Source: an uncultured bacterium (GTDB lineage Bacteria; Muiribacteriota; UBA6191). From it: 64,000 nucleotides of DNA. A program made the translations under genes and the position numbers. Below the pieces are notes generated by a model. The model was not told where the DNA came from, made no database searches, and saw only the letters and a list, made by a program, of their open reading frames with translations. The stretch lies in the NCBI GenBank assembly GCA_964539825.1, contig CAZIKF010000026.1:1304-65303 (forward strand), read 5' to 3'. Shown piece by piece: positions 17,189 through 27,776 of the stretch. Positions within the stretch are counted from its first letter, which is position 1. Each line of letters begins with the position of its first letter.

Positions 17189-20100
17189 CTAGGCAAGTTT
17201 CTCTCGCTTCAACAGACTCTTTGCCATTCGCGTAAATCTAGACTTGGATTCTGGAGTATCGGCCAATTGCCGGAGATGTTTGAGCGCTGTATGCTTTCGG
17301 TTCAACTTAAGATTTAGGACTCCAAGTTCAAGAAGATACTCCTCCGATCTGGTTTTTCTAAAGAGTTCCTCATAGAGCCCGCAAGCCTCTTCCAGCATTC
17401 CTTCAGATCGAAATAATCTGGCCTGCATCAAGCGAGCCTCAACATTATCTGGATTTGCCTTGAGCAGTTGGTCCAGAATTTCCATAGCGCTACGATTTTC
17501 GCCCTTTTTGTAGTGAATTTTAGCGAGTAACTCCCGACCGGCAGTGTGATAGGGTTTGATGGAAAGTAATTCTTCTAGAATTTCTTTTGATTCCTGGAGA
17601 TTTCTATCTTCGAACAGGGCGTTAGCCAGTTCAAATTTAACCGTCGTGTTTGAATTGTCTTTACGCAGAATTTCACGGAAGGTAAAAACTGATTTCTTCA
17701 GAAATCCCTGTTTTTTATAGATCATGCCAAGCTGGAAATGAAGTCCTTGGTTCTCTGGATTCTTAGAGAGATATTTTTGAAAGCACTCTGCGGCTTTCTC
17801 TTCTCGGTTCAGGGCAAGGTACGCTCTACCTACATTTAAGAAATGATTTACGGGTAGCTCGATACCTAAATTCTCCAACATTTGATAAGCCTGAATTTCT
17901 TGCGCGTGCATTCCTGTTTGATTTGAAAGTGTCGCTAGCAACTGTACCTTTTCTACATCAGAAGGATTTTCCTTGAGATAGTTTTTCAGATGAAAGATCG
18001 AGTTTTGTAGATCGCCGCTATTTTGAAACCAGGAATAGAGACGTTTAGAGACAAGTGCATTATCAGACTTCAGAAAAAATAGTTTTTGGTCCACTTTTGC
18101 CTGATGATCCAGCTCTTTACGAAGTCCATGCACATAAGAGAGCTTCTCTAAAACTTCAGGATGATCGGGACGAATGGCGGTAGCAGACTGAAGATAGTTT
18201 AAGCACTCCTCCATTTCCTTGGACTCATAGGTGATGGTTGCCAGTCCCCGCAGAGTTTCAAAGTGAATTTCCAAATCACTCTCTTGAGCTTCCAAGAGAT
18301 GAAGTGCTTTGACGAAGTACTGGCGGGCTAACGCCACCCTTTTTGCAGCATGGTAGAAGCGCGCCAGGTGATAGGGGAATGCCGGTTCCTTAGGAATGAG
18401 TTCACAGACTCGTTTGAGCAATTCAAAACGGAAACCAGAGCTGAGACTGCGCTGAGATAGAAAATCTCTAAGAATCACTGGCTCTGTTTTCGCGGACCTT
18501 TGGGTACAGTGATTGAGTTTCTCAGAATCATGTCGATTATAGAAAGCTAAAAGAAAACCCTGGATGATGGCCCCTTTTTTCATCGAAGAAGGAGCTTCAA
18601 AAATCTCTTCATAACAGAGATCATAAATCTTCTCCATGTCCTCATATCTGCCCAGGCTGTAGAGAGATTTACAGAGTTGGTAACACTCTTCGAAGGGGAG
18701 CTTTTCAGCACAGGCGTCAAGGAAAAAGGGGAGAGCTTCATCGGGACGCATACATTTCATATGGGTATCAACTAACTGCAATAGACTTTCTCTTCTGCGT
18801 TGACGGTATTCAAGGGCAATCGTAAATTGCTGAATTGCAGAAGGAAACCTCTGCAGAGACTTAAGACAGAGTGCGTACTGAAAAGAAAAATCTTCCAAGG
18901 ACTCCTGTATTGGCTCCAATTCCTTGAAAACCTGAAGGGCATCTTTGAAGTTCTCCATTTTCATCGAGCATTGGGCTGAAAGGTAGAGAGCTTGTTGCCT
19001 ATAAGCCGAGTTTTCAGGGAGTCCCTCTAAAAGAGACTTTGCTCGTTCAAATTCCTCCATTTCCATATGTGCTTTACCAGCGAGAAAACGAATGGATGGG
19101 GAGTTCAATAGTCTTTCCGTGCCTCTCGTAATGAGGTGGAGAAATCTTTGAATTTGATTTTCACGACGATAGATTTGAAAAAGATATTCCAGTGCTTCGA
19201 CAGTCCTTTTTCCGGACTGAAATACTTTGATAAAACAGTGGCGAGCTCGTTCAAAATCATCCAGGTCAAAGGAGGTTTCTCCCAGAATTGAGTAGATTTG
19301 TACAGGTTTTGGATCTTCATGCAGGAGAGCATTTTCCAAATGGGTTCTGGCCTCTTCTTTGTGATCTTGATGGAGGCAGATCATGGCCAGGAAAAAGTCT
19401 GATCTGAGAAACGCGCCATGAGACTTCCTCAGGCGTTCAAACAGGGTTTTAGCAGGCGAAAGCTTTCCATCACGAAAGCTCCTTCCTGCCATCTTGTAAG
19501 TGAAGAGGGGAAAGTCTTCTAGTATGGTTGCGTGAGTTCTTAGTACCTCAGCCGGCACATGTTCGCAAATGTGATAGAAAGAGTCTTTATGAGCAACAAG
19601 GTTTTGGATTTTAGGCTTTAGAATCTCTTGATTTTCCGGTTCTTTATAAAGGCGCAGGTACAGATGAAACGCTTCGGCATAATTTAGACTGCGTTCCGCA
19701 CATAGAGAATATCTTTCTAAAAGCGGCTCCTGGAGATCCTTTTTTACCTTATGGAAGTGTGAAAAGGCCTTGGAGTACTTTTTGGCTTCATAATAGTAAT
19801 TTGCTAAAACAAGGTGGACCTCATCATCATCAGGACATAGCTCCGCTACCCGCTCAAAAATTGGGCAAGCAAGGGAATCTTTTCGTTCCTGGTAGAAGGA
19901 TCCTAATTTTTTTAGTCCATCCGGGTGATCATGCAGGACTTCTTGCGCGTCTTTGAGGTATTCCAGAAGCTCCTCAGGCACATTTCCATAGGCTAAAGTT
20001 TCCACATAAAGTATCCAGGCATCGAGATCGACCGGCCGAATCTGTAAAGAGAAAACAAGATGTTTAGCGGATAAATCTCTATATCCAAGGCGTTCATAAC

Positions 20101-22426
20101 AAAGACTCAGGTAATAATGGAGTCTTTGTGGTTGAGTCTGATGTTTTGAATAGTACTGGAAATATTTCAGAGCTTTTTTGAACTGGTTTCTTTGAAAATG
20201 GTTCAAGCCCAACTCAAAGGGAATGGATTCGTCAGATGAATTCTGTAAAAACAAAGTCTCGAAGAGTTCTGTGCTTTCTTCTATCTTTCCTACTTTTCTG
20301 AGTGTTCTAGCTTTGACCCTGAGGAAGGAATCCGATGGATCCAGGACCTCCATCCTTTCAAGGCATCTCTCTGGGAAGTTATGCGAATAGAACTCCAGAA
20401 GATTCGAAACCTGGGATGGATCGTCTGGAAAGGTGTTCAGAGAGCCTTCCAGGTAGGCTTCTTCATGGGAGAGTTCGCCGGTGGTTTGAAAGATTTCTTT
20501 GAGGCAGCTGATGTTTTGAACATTGGGATGAAAAGCTTTAACTATCTCTTGAAAAACCCTCTGTGCATCCTTGGGCCGATCGGAACGATAGAGCGCGATA
20601 CCATATGCTGTCTTCGCTTTGCTCGTGGGTTCCACGGGGGGATTGGAATTCAGACATAAGCGTTCATAGTTTGGATAATGCTTGATAATGGACTCAAAAC
20701 CAGAAGAATCCAGAGCGGCGCTAAAAAAGCTCTCACAAAGGGCAGGATTGGTGAATTGAGTTGGAATACTTTCGAAAATTTCCAATGCGTGATCAATTTC
20801 ATTTAGCTGGAGATAACAGGAAAAAAGCTGTTCGAGAAGTTGAGGATCCCCACTGCTATGATGGGCGGCTTTTTTTAAGAGAGGAGCGGCTTCTCGGGCC
20901 TCGCCGGATTCAAGATAAAGCGAGGCGAGGAGTTTTAGACCGGCAACATGATCGGGGTCGAATCGAAGGAGTGTCTTTAAGGAATCGCGGGCACCGCCTT
21001 TATTGGAGTCAGCCACCTGTGCCTTCGCATATAAAATCCATGCTTTGGTGTCTTCTGGTCTGTTCTTGAGAAAATCCTCAAGGGTCCATCTAACTTGTGG
21101 GAAATCTCCTGTTTCAAAGAGCTCCTGAGCTTCGCTAAACACTTTATCAAGATCTTTATGTTCTAATATCTTTACCAGTTCCCTGGCCCGGGATTGGATT
21201 GGTTTTCGGGGGGACTTGAGCAGGGGTCTTATCAAGTTCTCATAGGGTTCTGGATCTTCGAGAAGATGAAGAGCAAAGGCAGCCTTGTAACTGCACGGAT
21301 CTTCCAGGAAACAGGAGATCATTTCCTCTACTCGTGAGTCATCCAACCTGAGTTTAAATTCTGGAAGAAGGAAGGAACTAACTCTATCCAGATGGCTCGA
21401 AGCCAGTCGTAGGTAAAGTTCGGTCTTTTGTGGCTCTTCCATGCCATCAAAGCACTGGAATATCGCCTCCAATAGAGTTGGATTTGTCTCGATTTCAATC
21501 CTTTGGATGAGGAAGTCCACAATCTTGGATCGGACCACTTTTCCACTTAGATTTTTCAAAGCCAGTAACCGAACCTGCCTCTCTTCATGGGAGAGAAGTG
21601 GGAGCAAGTATTCCTGGCTTGTGGCCCCAAGTTCCGCGGGTAAAAGCTTGAGGATTTTGAGAAGCACTTCAACAGAGAAATCCTGGCAGGTTTGTAGCTG
21701 CTCATCAAAGTTCAGGACCAGGTCAAAGTCACCCGCATGATCGAGAAGAAGGCTCTGGACCGCAGGCTCAAGTTTTGTAAAGTAGGAAAATTGTCTCTGA
21801 AACCAACAACTTCCCTCAAATCTATGCAGGGCTTTGAGGGTTAGTTTTCGGATGAGTGGAAAAGGAGACTCAAGCTGAGATTCAAGCAGTTTCGAATTAT
21901 CAAAGTTTTCAAGGTTCAAAATAACCTGTAGAGCGAGGTGCTTTAGTTCTACTTCCTCCTGTGCCAGGTACTCAATTAGCACTGGATGTGCTCTTGACTG
22001 GGGAAATGACCTTAGCGCGGAGAGAACCCGCTTTTTCAGATGGAGTGTACAGTTCGTAGAGTAGTGATATAGAAAATCTACGCTCCGCGGGGATCGGATC
22101 ATTTCGAGTGTTACAAGAAGTAACTCCCTGTAGAGAAATCTCGGATGGGAAAGCAGAAAATGCAGATTGGAGATGCTGGCTTCACAATAATGATCTTTAC
22201 AATATTGCAGATATTTGGAGACAAAAGGCTCAGGCGCTTTAATTAAAAGATTGAGAACGGCCTGCTTTCGCTGTTGGGAAGCCTTATGAAAAGAGGCAAA
22301 AAATTCCTCGAGCGGTTCTTTTTCTAGATCGTAAGGCACGGATGTATTAAGGATTTCTGAAGACATAAAGTAGCCTGATTCAAAAATTTTTGTTCGACTT
22401 TGGGTAGGTTTTCGGAACTCAACCAC
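17189..22426 (-). CDS. Giant HEAT-repeat plus TPR-repeat protein (1745 aa)
   Basis: N-terminal HEAT-like units (VRLLALKNL, LKHLALQVI); numerous TPR motifs (AWILYAKA, LHFQLGMIYKKQG, PYHTAGRELLAKIH). Confidence 0.8.
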   Translation of the reverse strand: MVEFRKPTQSRTKIFESGYFMSSEILNTSVPYDLEKEPLEEFFASFHKASQQRKQAVLNLLIKAPEPFVSKYLQYCKDHYCEASISNLHFLLSHPRFLYRELLLVTLEMIRSPRSVDFLYHYSTNCTLHLKKRVLSALRSFPQSRAHPVLIEYLAQEEVELKHLALQVILNLENFDNSKLLESQLESPFPLIRKLTLKALHRFEGSCWFQRQFSYFTKLEPAVQSLLLDHAGDFDLVLNFDEQLQTCQDFSVEVLLKILKLLPAELGATSQEYLLPLLSHEERQVRLLALKNLSGKVVRSKIVDFLIQRIEIETNPTLLEAIFQCFDGMEEPQKTELYLRLASSHLDRVSSFLLPEFKLRLDDSRVEEMISCFLEDPCSYKAAFALHLLEDPEPYENLIRPLLKSPRKPIQSRARELVKILEHKDLDKVFSEAQELFETGDFPQVRWTLEDFLKNRPEDTKAWILYAKAQVADSNKGGARDSLKTLLRFDPDHVAGLKLLASLYLESGEAREAAPLLKKAAHHSSGDPQLLEQLFSCYLQLNEIDHALEIFESIPTQFTNPALCESFFSAALDSSGFESIIKHYPNYERLCLNSNPPVEPTSKAKTAYGIALYRSDRPKDAQRVFQEIVKAFHPNVQNISCLKEIFQTTGELSHEEAYLEGSLNTFPDDPSQVSNLLEFYSHNFPERCLERMEVLDPSDSFLRVKARTLRKVGKIEESTELFETLFLQNSSDESIPFELGLNHFQRNQFKKALKYFQYYSKHQTQPQRLHYYLSLCYERLGYRDLSAKHLVFSLQIRPVDLDAWILYVETLAYGNVPEELLEYLKDAQEVLHDHPDGLKKLGSFYQERKDSLACPIFERVAELCPDDDEVHLVLANYYYEAKKYSKAFSHFHKVKKDLQEPLLERYSLCAERSLNYAEAFHLYLRLYKEPENQEILKPKIQNLVAHKDSFYHICEHVPAEVLRTHATILEDFPLFTYKMAGRSFRDGKLSPAKTLFERLRKSHGAFLRSDFFLAMICLHQDHKEEARTHLENALLHEDPKPVQIYSILGETSFDLDDFERARHCFIKVFQSGKRTVEALEYLFQIYRRENQIQRFLHLITRGTERLLNSPSIRFLAGKAHMEMEEFERAKSLLEGLPENSAYRQQALYLSAQCSMKMENFKDALQVFKELEPIQESLEDFSFQYALCLKSLQRFPSAIQQFTIALEYRQRRRESLLQLVDTHMKCMRPDEALPFFLDACAEKLPFEECYQLCKSLYSLGRYEDMEKIYDLCYEEIFEAPSSMKKGAIIQGFLLAFYNRHDSEKLNHCTQRSAKTEPVILRDFLSQRSLSSGFRFELLKRVCELIPKEPAFPYHLARFYHAAKRVALARQYFVKALHLLEAQESDLEIHFETLRGLATITYESKEMEECLNYLQSATAIRPDHPEVLEKLSYVHGLRKELDHQAKVDQKLFFLKSDNALVSKRLYSWFQNSGDLQNSIFHLKNYLKENPSDVEKVQLLATLSNQTGMHAQEIQAYQMLENLGIELPVNHFLNVGRAYLALNREEKAAECFQKYLSKNPENQGLHFQLGMIYKKQGFLKKSVFTFREILRKDNSNTTVKFELANALFEDRNLQESKEILEELLSIKPYHTAGRELLAKIHYKKGENRSAMEILDQLLKANPDNVEARLMQARLFRSEGMLEEACGLYEELFRKTRSEEYLLELGVLNLKLNRKHTALKHLRQLADTPESKSRFTRMAKSLLKREKLA

Positions 22427-22591
22427 GGATTTCTTAGCTCCGCATCAGGAAAAGATTAGGGCGACAAAGGGAATTTGCTGAGCGATAGGACTTAATTCCC
22501 TCTATTGTGAATAAACTAAAAGAGATCGAGCTCTATACTTAGAGGTCATGAGCTGTCGAAGATTAAGCAAACTCAAAATTGAGAAATTGAA

Positions 22592-25516
22592 ATGACAGAC
22601 ATTGTTTCCCTGATTGAATTAGCCAGTTCAGACATGGACCTCCGGACCCGGGTTGACGCAATCCAGGAGATCGCCAAACAGGCTACGATGGAGACACCAG
22701 AAGCGATTGAGTTTCTGAACCGCGTAGCTAAATATGAGCTGGGTGCCGAGCTGGCGGCATACGGCCAGACATCACTCTATCACCTCAAAGAAAGGTATCC
22801 GGGACTAAAAAATCTTGAGGGTCCTCTTGGTGCCGAAAATTCTGCCTATGAACGCTTATCCGATGATAGTTTCGAACAGCGTCTTCGAGCGATTGAGTAT
22901 TTCGAGTGCGAAGGTATCACAAGCTCCGTCCCCGAACTCATAAAGCGATTAAAAATTGAGCATCATCCCCATGTGATTTCTAAACTCACCAAGACCCTGG
23001 GATTGCTTGGAGCTGAATTTGATAATGAGGAAGTCTTCAATGTTCTGGTTCCCTTTCTAAAACATAAGGATGAGAGGATCCGCGCTAATACTATTCAGGG
23101 GATGGGGGGGCTTCAATCCAATCGAAAAATTCCCATGCTGCTCGACGCATTGATGCTTGATAAGGAGGAACGGGTCCAGAACATGGCATCTGTGGTTTTG
23201 AGCCTGGAGAACGTCGAGACCACTTTGGTTCTTCTGAAAGAGAAGCTTGAGAGTGGAGACCCCGAAGTTTTTGAAATGGCTATGGCGGCTCTCAAAGAAA
23301 TTGAACGACCTGAAGCCTGGGCACTTTATGACTCCTATAAGGAAAATGTTCAGAAAATAAAAACGGAACAGGCCTTTCGTGAGGCAATCGATCTGGATTG
23401 GGACGAGGAGGAGGATGAAATACCAGATTTCTCCGCTGAGATGGATGATGCGGAGACTTTTGAGGAGTTGCCAGAAATTAAAGTAGATTCCAGCGAGGCA
23501 CCGAATTCCACACCAGAGTTGATTCCTGTGGAAAGCCTGGTTGAAGAACAGGAGCCCATTCAAACCTTTCCATCTCCCCCAGAATCCTCACCGCCACCCC
23601 CGATCTCCTCACCGCCACCCCCGATCTCCTCACCCCCGCCCCTGGTATCCGCACCGCCGCCCCCGGTCTCTTCACCCCCGCCTCCTCAATTAAGCCCTGT
23701 ACCCGCAGAAGCCGGTAGCCACGAGCACGAACAGGTGCAATATGCCTATAATCCGGCGATGTCGGAGACATATCAGCACCCCCCTGAAGAAGAACAATCC
23801 CTACCTTCAGAAGAGGATTCGGTACCCGAGTTTAAAATTTTTGACAAGCCAAAACCAGCGCGGGTGAAACCCAGTAAACCTAAGAAAAAATCAAGAAGAC
23901 AATCCGGTCGGAAAGAGCCGCTTTATGATGGCTTTTTCGGATTTGTGGGCTACTTCCTTCGTAAGCTTTTTTTTGCAGGGGTCCTTGGTGGATTAGCGGT
24001 TCTCTATCTTCGTTATGAAAAGGAAATTGTAAAATTTTCCTACGTTGAAATTGAGTCCTACAAGGCCGGACGGGGGATCCTTTTTGCGAAACTTCCTCCT
24101 CCTAAGAAAAAACAGTGGGTAAGTAGAAAAGATGATAAAAGTGAGCTGGAAACTGCGCAGACGGCTGAGGGCCAGACCCCACAAAAGACAGGACCACAGG
24201 ATCAACAGCCTGGTAAGTCAGAGCAGCCTCCAGAAAAAATACAGACAACGGATGGCAAAGCATCTGGCCCAGAGATTCCACACCTACAGATAGACAGCAT
24301 TGCCGCAAGGACCCATCAGCCACCCACCATCAAACTTTCCCGGAGAAAGGGTAAGAAGGATCTCTCTTCTTTAGATGGATTCACCCGTCATACCTATTCA
24401 AATGGAGACCGCTACATCGGCACGTTTCGCTCAGGAAAGCGAAATGGAGAAGGTAGTTTATTCTACATGAACGGTGAGGTGTATGTAGGGCAGTGGAAAA
24501 ACAATCAATTTGATGGTCAGGGGACCTATACATGGCCAGGAGGTGACCGATTCGTAGGCAGTTTTATGGATGGAAAGCGAAACGGAAAAGGGGTCTTCAA
24601 CTGGGTCAATGGAGAGAGCTTTGAAGGTGAATATACCCAGGGAATGCGCTCGGGAATAGGAAAAATGTCCTTTTCCAATGGTGAAGTTTATGAAGGGGAG
24701 TGGAAAGAAGATCTTTTCCATGGGGCCGGGGTTTACACTTTCAGCGATGGGAGCATCTACGAGGGCAACTATGAAGAAGGCCAGGTCCATGGAGAAGGCA
24801 GGTATGTATATAGCAATGGAAGAATCTACGAAGGGGAGTTTCAAGCAGGGAAGAGACAAGGGCAAGGTCGGATGGTTTTTCCCAATGGAGAGCTCTATGA
24901 AGGAGCCTGGCAAGAGGATGACTACTATGGGAAAGGTGCCTATCGATGGGCCTCAGGAGATTGGTATAGAGGTGATTGGCAGAACGGAAAAATGCATGGT
25001 TCGGGATTGTATCACTGGGTAAATGGCGATGAGTATGAAGGTGAGTACATCCAAGATAGGCCCAATGGCCGGGGGGAGCTGATGTACCACAATGAAGGGC
25101 GCTATGTAGGGAGGTTCAAAGATGGTCTTCGAGAGGGTGAAGGAACCTATTATGCACCGGTGGGATATTCTTATTCAGGTTCCTGGAAATCGGGGAAACG
25201 ACATGGACTTGGTATTACCAAATGGTCAGATGGAGAGGGATATAGGGGCCAGTGGAAACATGGACTGGAACATGGAATGGGTAGATATACATGGGCTGGT
25301 GGTGAAAAGTACATCGGACAATGGAGGGATGGCTACAAGAACGGCCTGGGTACTTTCATCAGTTCCGACGGGCAGATACGGGAAGGATTATGGAAGGACG
25401 ATCAATTTGTTGGCTCGATACCCGGCGATATTCAGGAATGGAAGAAGGAGCTGAAGTTTATGAACTTTTTCTTCGAACGAACCAAAGAAAATAGAGTTCA
25501 GCCAACAGGATCATAA
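22592..25516 (+). CDS. HEAT-repeat, Pro-rich linker, TM, MORN-repeat protein
   Basis: HEAT (DERIRANTIQGMG), acidic and polyproline linker, hydrophobic segment near aa 450-475, about 14-15 MORN repeats (YEGEWK...HGxG). Confidence 0.85.
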   Translation: MTDIVSLIELASSDMDLRTRVDAIQEIAKQATMETPEAIEFLNRVAKYELGAELAAYGQTSLYHLKERYPGLKNLEGPLGAENSAYERLSDDSFEQRLRAIEYFECEGITSSVPELIKRLKIEHHPHVISKLTKTLGLLGAEFDNEEVFNVLVPFLKHKDERIRANTIQGMGGLQSNRKIPMLLDALMLDKEERVQNMASVVLSLENVETTLVLLKEKLESGDPEVFEMAMAALKEIERPEAWALYDSYKENVQKIKTEQAFREAIDLDWDEEEDEIPDFSAEMDDAETFEELPEIKVDSSEAPNSTPELIPVESLVEEQEPIQTFPSPPESSPPPPISSPPPPISSPPPLVSAPPPPVSSPPPPQLSPVPAEAGSHEHEQVQYAYNPAMSETYQHPPEEEQSLPSEEDSVPEFKIFDKPKPARVKPSKPKKKSRRQSGRKEPLYDGFFGFVGYFLRKLFFAGVLGGLAVLYLRYEKEIVKFSYVEIESYKAGRGILFAKLPPPKKKQWVSRKDDKSELETAQTAEGQTPQKTGPQDQQPGKSEQPPEKIQTTDGKASGPEIPHLQIDSIAARTHQPPTIKLSRRKGKKDLSSLDGFTRHTYSNGDRYIGTFRSGKRNGEGSLFYMNGEVYVGQWKNNQFDGQGTYTWPGGDRFVGSFMDGKRNGKGVFNWVNGESFEGEYTQGMRSGIGKMSFSNGEVYEGEWKEDLFHGAGVYTFSDGSIYEGNYEEGQVHGEGRYVYSNGRIYEGEFQAGKRQGQGRMVFPNGELYEGAWQEDDYYGKGAYRWASGDWYRGDWQNGKMHGSGLYHWVNGDEYEGEYIQDRPNGRGELMYHNEGRYVGRFKDGLREGEGTYYAPVGYSYSGSWKSGKRHGLGITKWSDGEGYRGQWKHGLEHGMGRYTWAGGEKYIGQWRDGYKNGLGTFISSDGQIREGLWKDDQFVGSIPGDIQEWKKELKFMNFFFERTKENRVQPTGS
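23586..23690 (+). repeat. Intragenic 21-bp tandem repeat (5 units) encoding SPPPPIS-like polyproline
   Basis: cctcaccgccacccccgatct twice perfect, then three degenerate units. Confidence 0.9.
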
Positions 25517-26171
25517 CCACGGATCCGGCCGTGATTCCCCCGCCCAATACAATTAGTGCCGATCCTGTCGGAACCGCCATCGTCAGGAACCAGGAACTGA
25601 TATCGACTAAAACCCCCACGAATGGCAAAGACATGAGTATTCCTTTCACTCTTGCGGATAAAGGCGTAAACCAGAGACCCAGGGCCAGGGGCAGGATAAA
25701 AAGAGGAATCGCCAACATGTGAGGATGGGAAATCCGCAGGCGGCGGCGGATATAGGGCCAGTAAGAGAAAATGGCTTTAGCGCGTATTCCTTCATAGTTG
25801 GTATAGTCAGCAAAGGAAGCTTCTCCACCCTGCGAATGACAATCCACGCAAGAGAACTCCAAAATGGGCTGAAGGACCTTTTCGTATTGATCTTGAGGTG
25901 CCTTATCCTTCATAAATTGGTAAAAAGCTTCTCGGTCTTCCTCGGTTTCCACATATTTGGACATATTTGTATCTATAGCTCTGCGAAGAATGGGGACTTT
26001 CTTTACGTAAAAATGATCCTGGATATCCTGGTATGAAGGGAACAGTGAATTCGGGTCGCTCTTGACAGTCAAATTGAGGTATAGCTGAGCCTGCACTACG
26101 CCCATGGCGATGCACAGCAAAAAAAACGTCACACAAAGTCGGACCGGGGTAGGCAGGTCAATCAGGTTCAC
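25458..26171 (-). CDS. Membrane-bound monoheme cytochrome c-like protein
   Basis: CVDCH heme motif between an N-terminal TM and three C-terminal TMs; RISHPHM conserved His segment. Confidence 0.7.
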   Translation of the reverse strand: MNLIDLPTPVRLCVTFFLLCIAMGVVQAQLYLNLTVKSDPNSLFPSYQDIQDHFYVKKVPILRRAIDTNMSKYVETEEDREAFYQFMKDKAPQDQYEKVLQPILEFSCVDCHSQGGEASFADYTNYEGIRAKAIFSYWPYIRRRLRISHPHMLAIPLFILPLALGLWFTPLSARVKGILMSLPFVGVLVDISSWFLTMAVPTGSALIVLGGGITAGSVVMILLAELYFLWFVRRKSS

Positions 26172-27049
26172 AGAAGGATGAGTCCGATTAAAGCGATATC
26201 CCAGACCGGTGAATAATAATAAGGATCATAATAAGGATCGAAGTAATCAGGCCCCCAATCCTCTTCAATGACCCTGGTTTCAATAATTTCCTCTTCCTCA
26301 TCCTGATTTTCGGAAGCAAGTTGATCGGCCCTGTCATCCACTCGCTTCTGGTGTTCGTGAATTTTGCGCGCCAGGTCCATTCCCCCTTCGATCACATCCT
26401 TAATGACATCTTCTCCGCTGACAACACCTTCCTCATCTTCATACCCCAGTTCTTCATGGTGCAGGGACAGGTTGAGGATCTGGACGATCTCTTCAAAAAT
26501 TTCACCATAGACCGTTCGATGCTGCCAGGATTCACTTCCCGACACGACCGATCGGTCTTTAGGTTCTCGAAATCGCTTTTCCTTGAGAAAGGAAAGAAAG
26601 ACCATTTCAAAAGGATTGATTCCTTTGAATTCGCATACCGTCACACGTAAATCGACAAATCGATCATCTTCAAGATAGTTCACGAATACATCCTCTTCGT
26701 AATCGAAACTCTTCTCAAATCCGAAAATCCCCTCTTCAAGGTCTACTGCGCAAAACACGTCATAAATTTTTACAAACTCCGTATATTTTTTAAGAAAGGT
26801 CTTATAGAGATTCTTTCCCTTGTCGGTAGGAAAGTAACAGGAGTCATCCCCTACATCCATAACCCCGTTTTTCACTAAAAAGTCAAAGATGTATTCAAGG
26901 TGGGTATCATCACCTTCCAACATGACTGGAAAAGCTCGATTCTTTTTCAGCATTTTGTCTAAAATTATAATGGAAATATAGGTGTGGAGTTCTTCTTGTT
27001 TGGGTAAAGAAAAACGTGAGTCATACTTCTTGGTCATGCTGGACTCCAA
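26168..27049 (-). CDS. Acidic conserved hypothetical protein
   Basis: 293-aa ORF, winged-helix-like N-terminus, acidic Tyr-rich tail ending in a hydrophobic segment; 4-nt overlap with the cytochrome gene. Confidence 0.75.
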   Translation of the reverse strand: MESSMTKKYDSRFSLPKQEELHTYISIIILDKMLKKNRAFPVMLEGDDTHLEYIFDFLVKNGVMDVGDDSCYFPTDKGKNLYKTFLKKYTEFVKIYDVFCAVDLEEGIFGFEKSFDYEEDVFVNYLEDDRFVDLRVTVCEFKGINPFEMVFLSFLKEKRFREPKDRSVVSGSESWQHRTVYGEIFEEIVQILNLSLHHEELGYEDEEGVVSGEDVIKDVIEGGMDLARKIHEHQKRVDDRADQLASENQDEEEEIIETRVIEEDWGPDYFDPYYDPYYYSPVWDIALIGLILL

Positions 27050-27162
27050 TCGGCGGCTTGTACCTTTATGCCACCATTATACCGAAAACCTATTGGTTTG
27101 CCCGTCAGCCTTAAAAAATGCAAGTGTTTAGGTTGATTTCCGGCTCCTAACATGGGCTAAAC

Positions 27163-27774
27163 TTGGTGTATTATATGAAGGTTCAACCAAGGAAATCATC
27201 AAAGATGAGTTTACTCAATAAGGAAGAATACCTCTCGGATCAAGACAGCGTAAATATGATGTATGAGTTCTCCGAGTTGATGGAGGAACTCATCGAAGCA
27301 CGAAGTTATTTAGAGGGGCATCTGGAAGGATTGGAGAAAGAGGATTTTTTCTTCAAGTGTGAGGAGAGTTCCCTCGGGAGCATTGCGCAGTGTGTGGGTC
27401 ATCTTGCCTATGTTCAAAAGGAGCTGGGAAAGAAGGCCGAGGCCGACTTTTCCTTTCGCCTGGACATTTATGACGAGTTGTTCTCCAATATTGATATAGA
27501 GGTGAAGGGTTCAGAATTACCTTCACAAGCGGAACTTCTTCGGTTTTCAAAGGAGATTCACGAAATTTTTTTAGAAGAATCCAGGTATAAGAAGAAACCC
27601 GAATCTGTCTTTGTGCTGATCAACCAATATTACAATCATTGCCTGAGAATTGGAAAGATACTGGAAGCCATGGGTAAGGTTCCGCAAGCTCCCAGACCTG
27701 ATTCTATAAGGGTTCGGCTCAGACTTCAGGAGGGTAGTCTGCCTTTGTATCACTTGCCGGTTTACGCCAATTAG
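27163..27774 (+). CDS. Hypothetical protein, possibly a degenerate DinB-like helical bundle
   Basis: SIAQCVGHLAYV and YNHCLRIG resemble DinB His motifs; start uncertain. Confidence 0.5.
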   Translation: MVYYMKVQPRKSSKMSLLNKEEYLSDQDSVNMMYEFSELMEELIEARSYLEGHLEGLEKEDFFFKCEESSLGSIAQCVGHLAYVQKELGKKAEADFSFRLDIYDELFSNIDIEVKGSELPSQAELLRFSKEIHEIFLEESRYKKKPESVFVLINQYYNHCLRIGKILEAMGKVPQAPRPDSIRVRLRLQEGSLPLYHLPVYAN

Positions 27775-27776
27775 CG

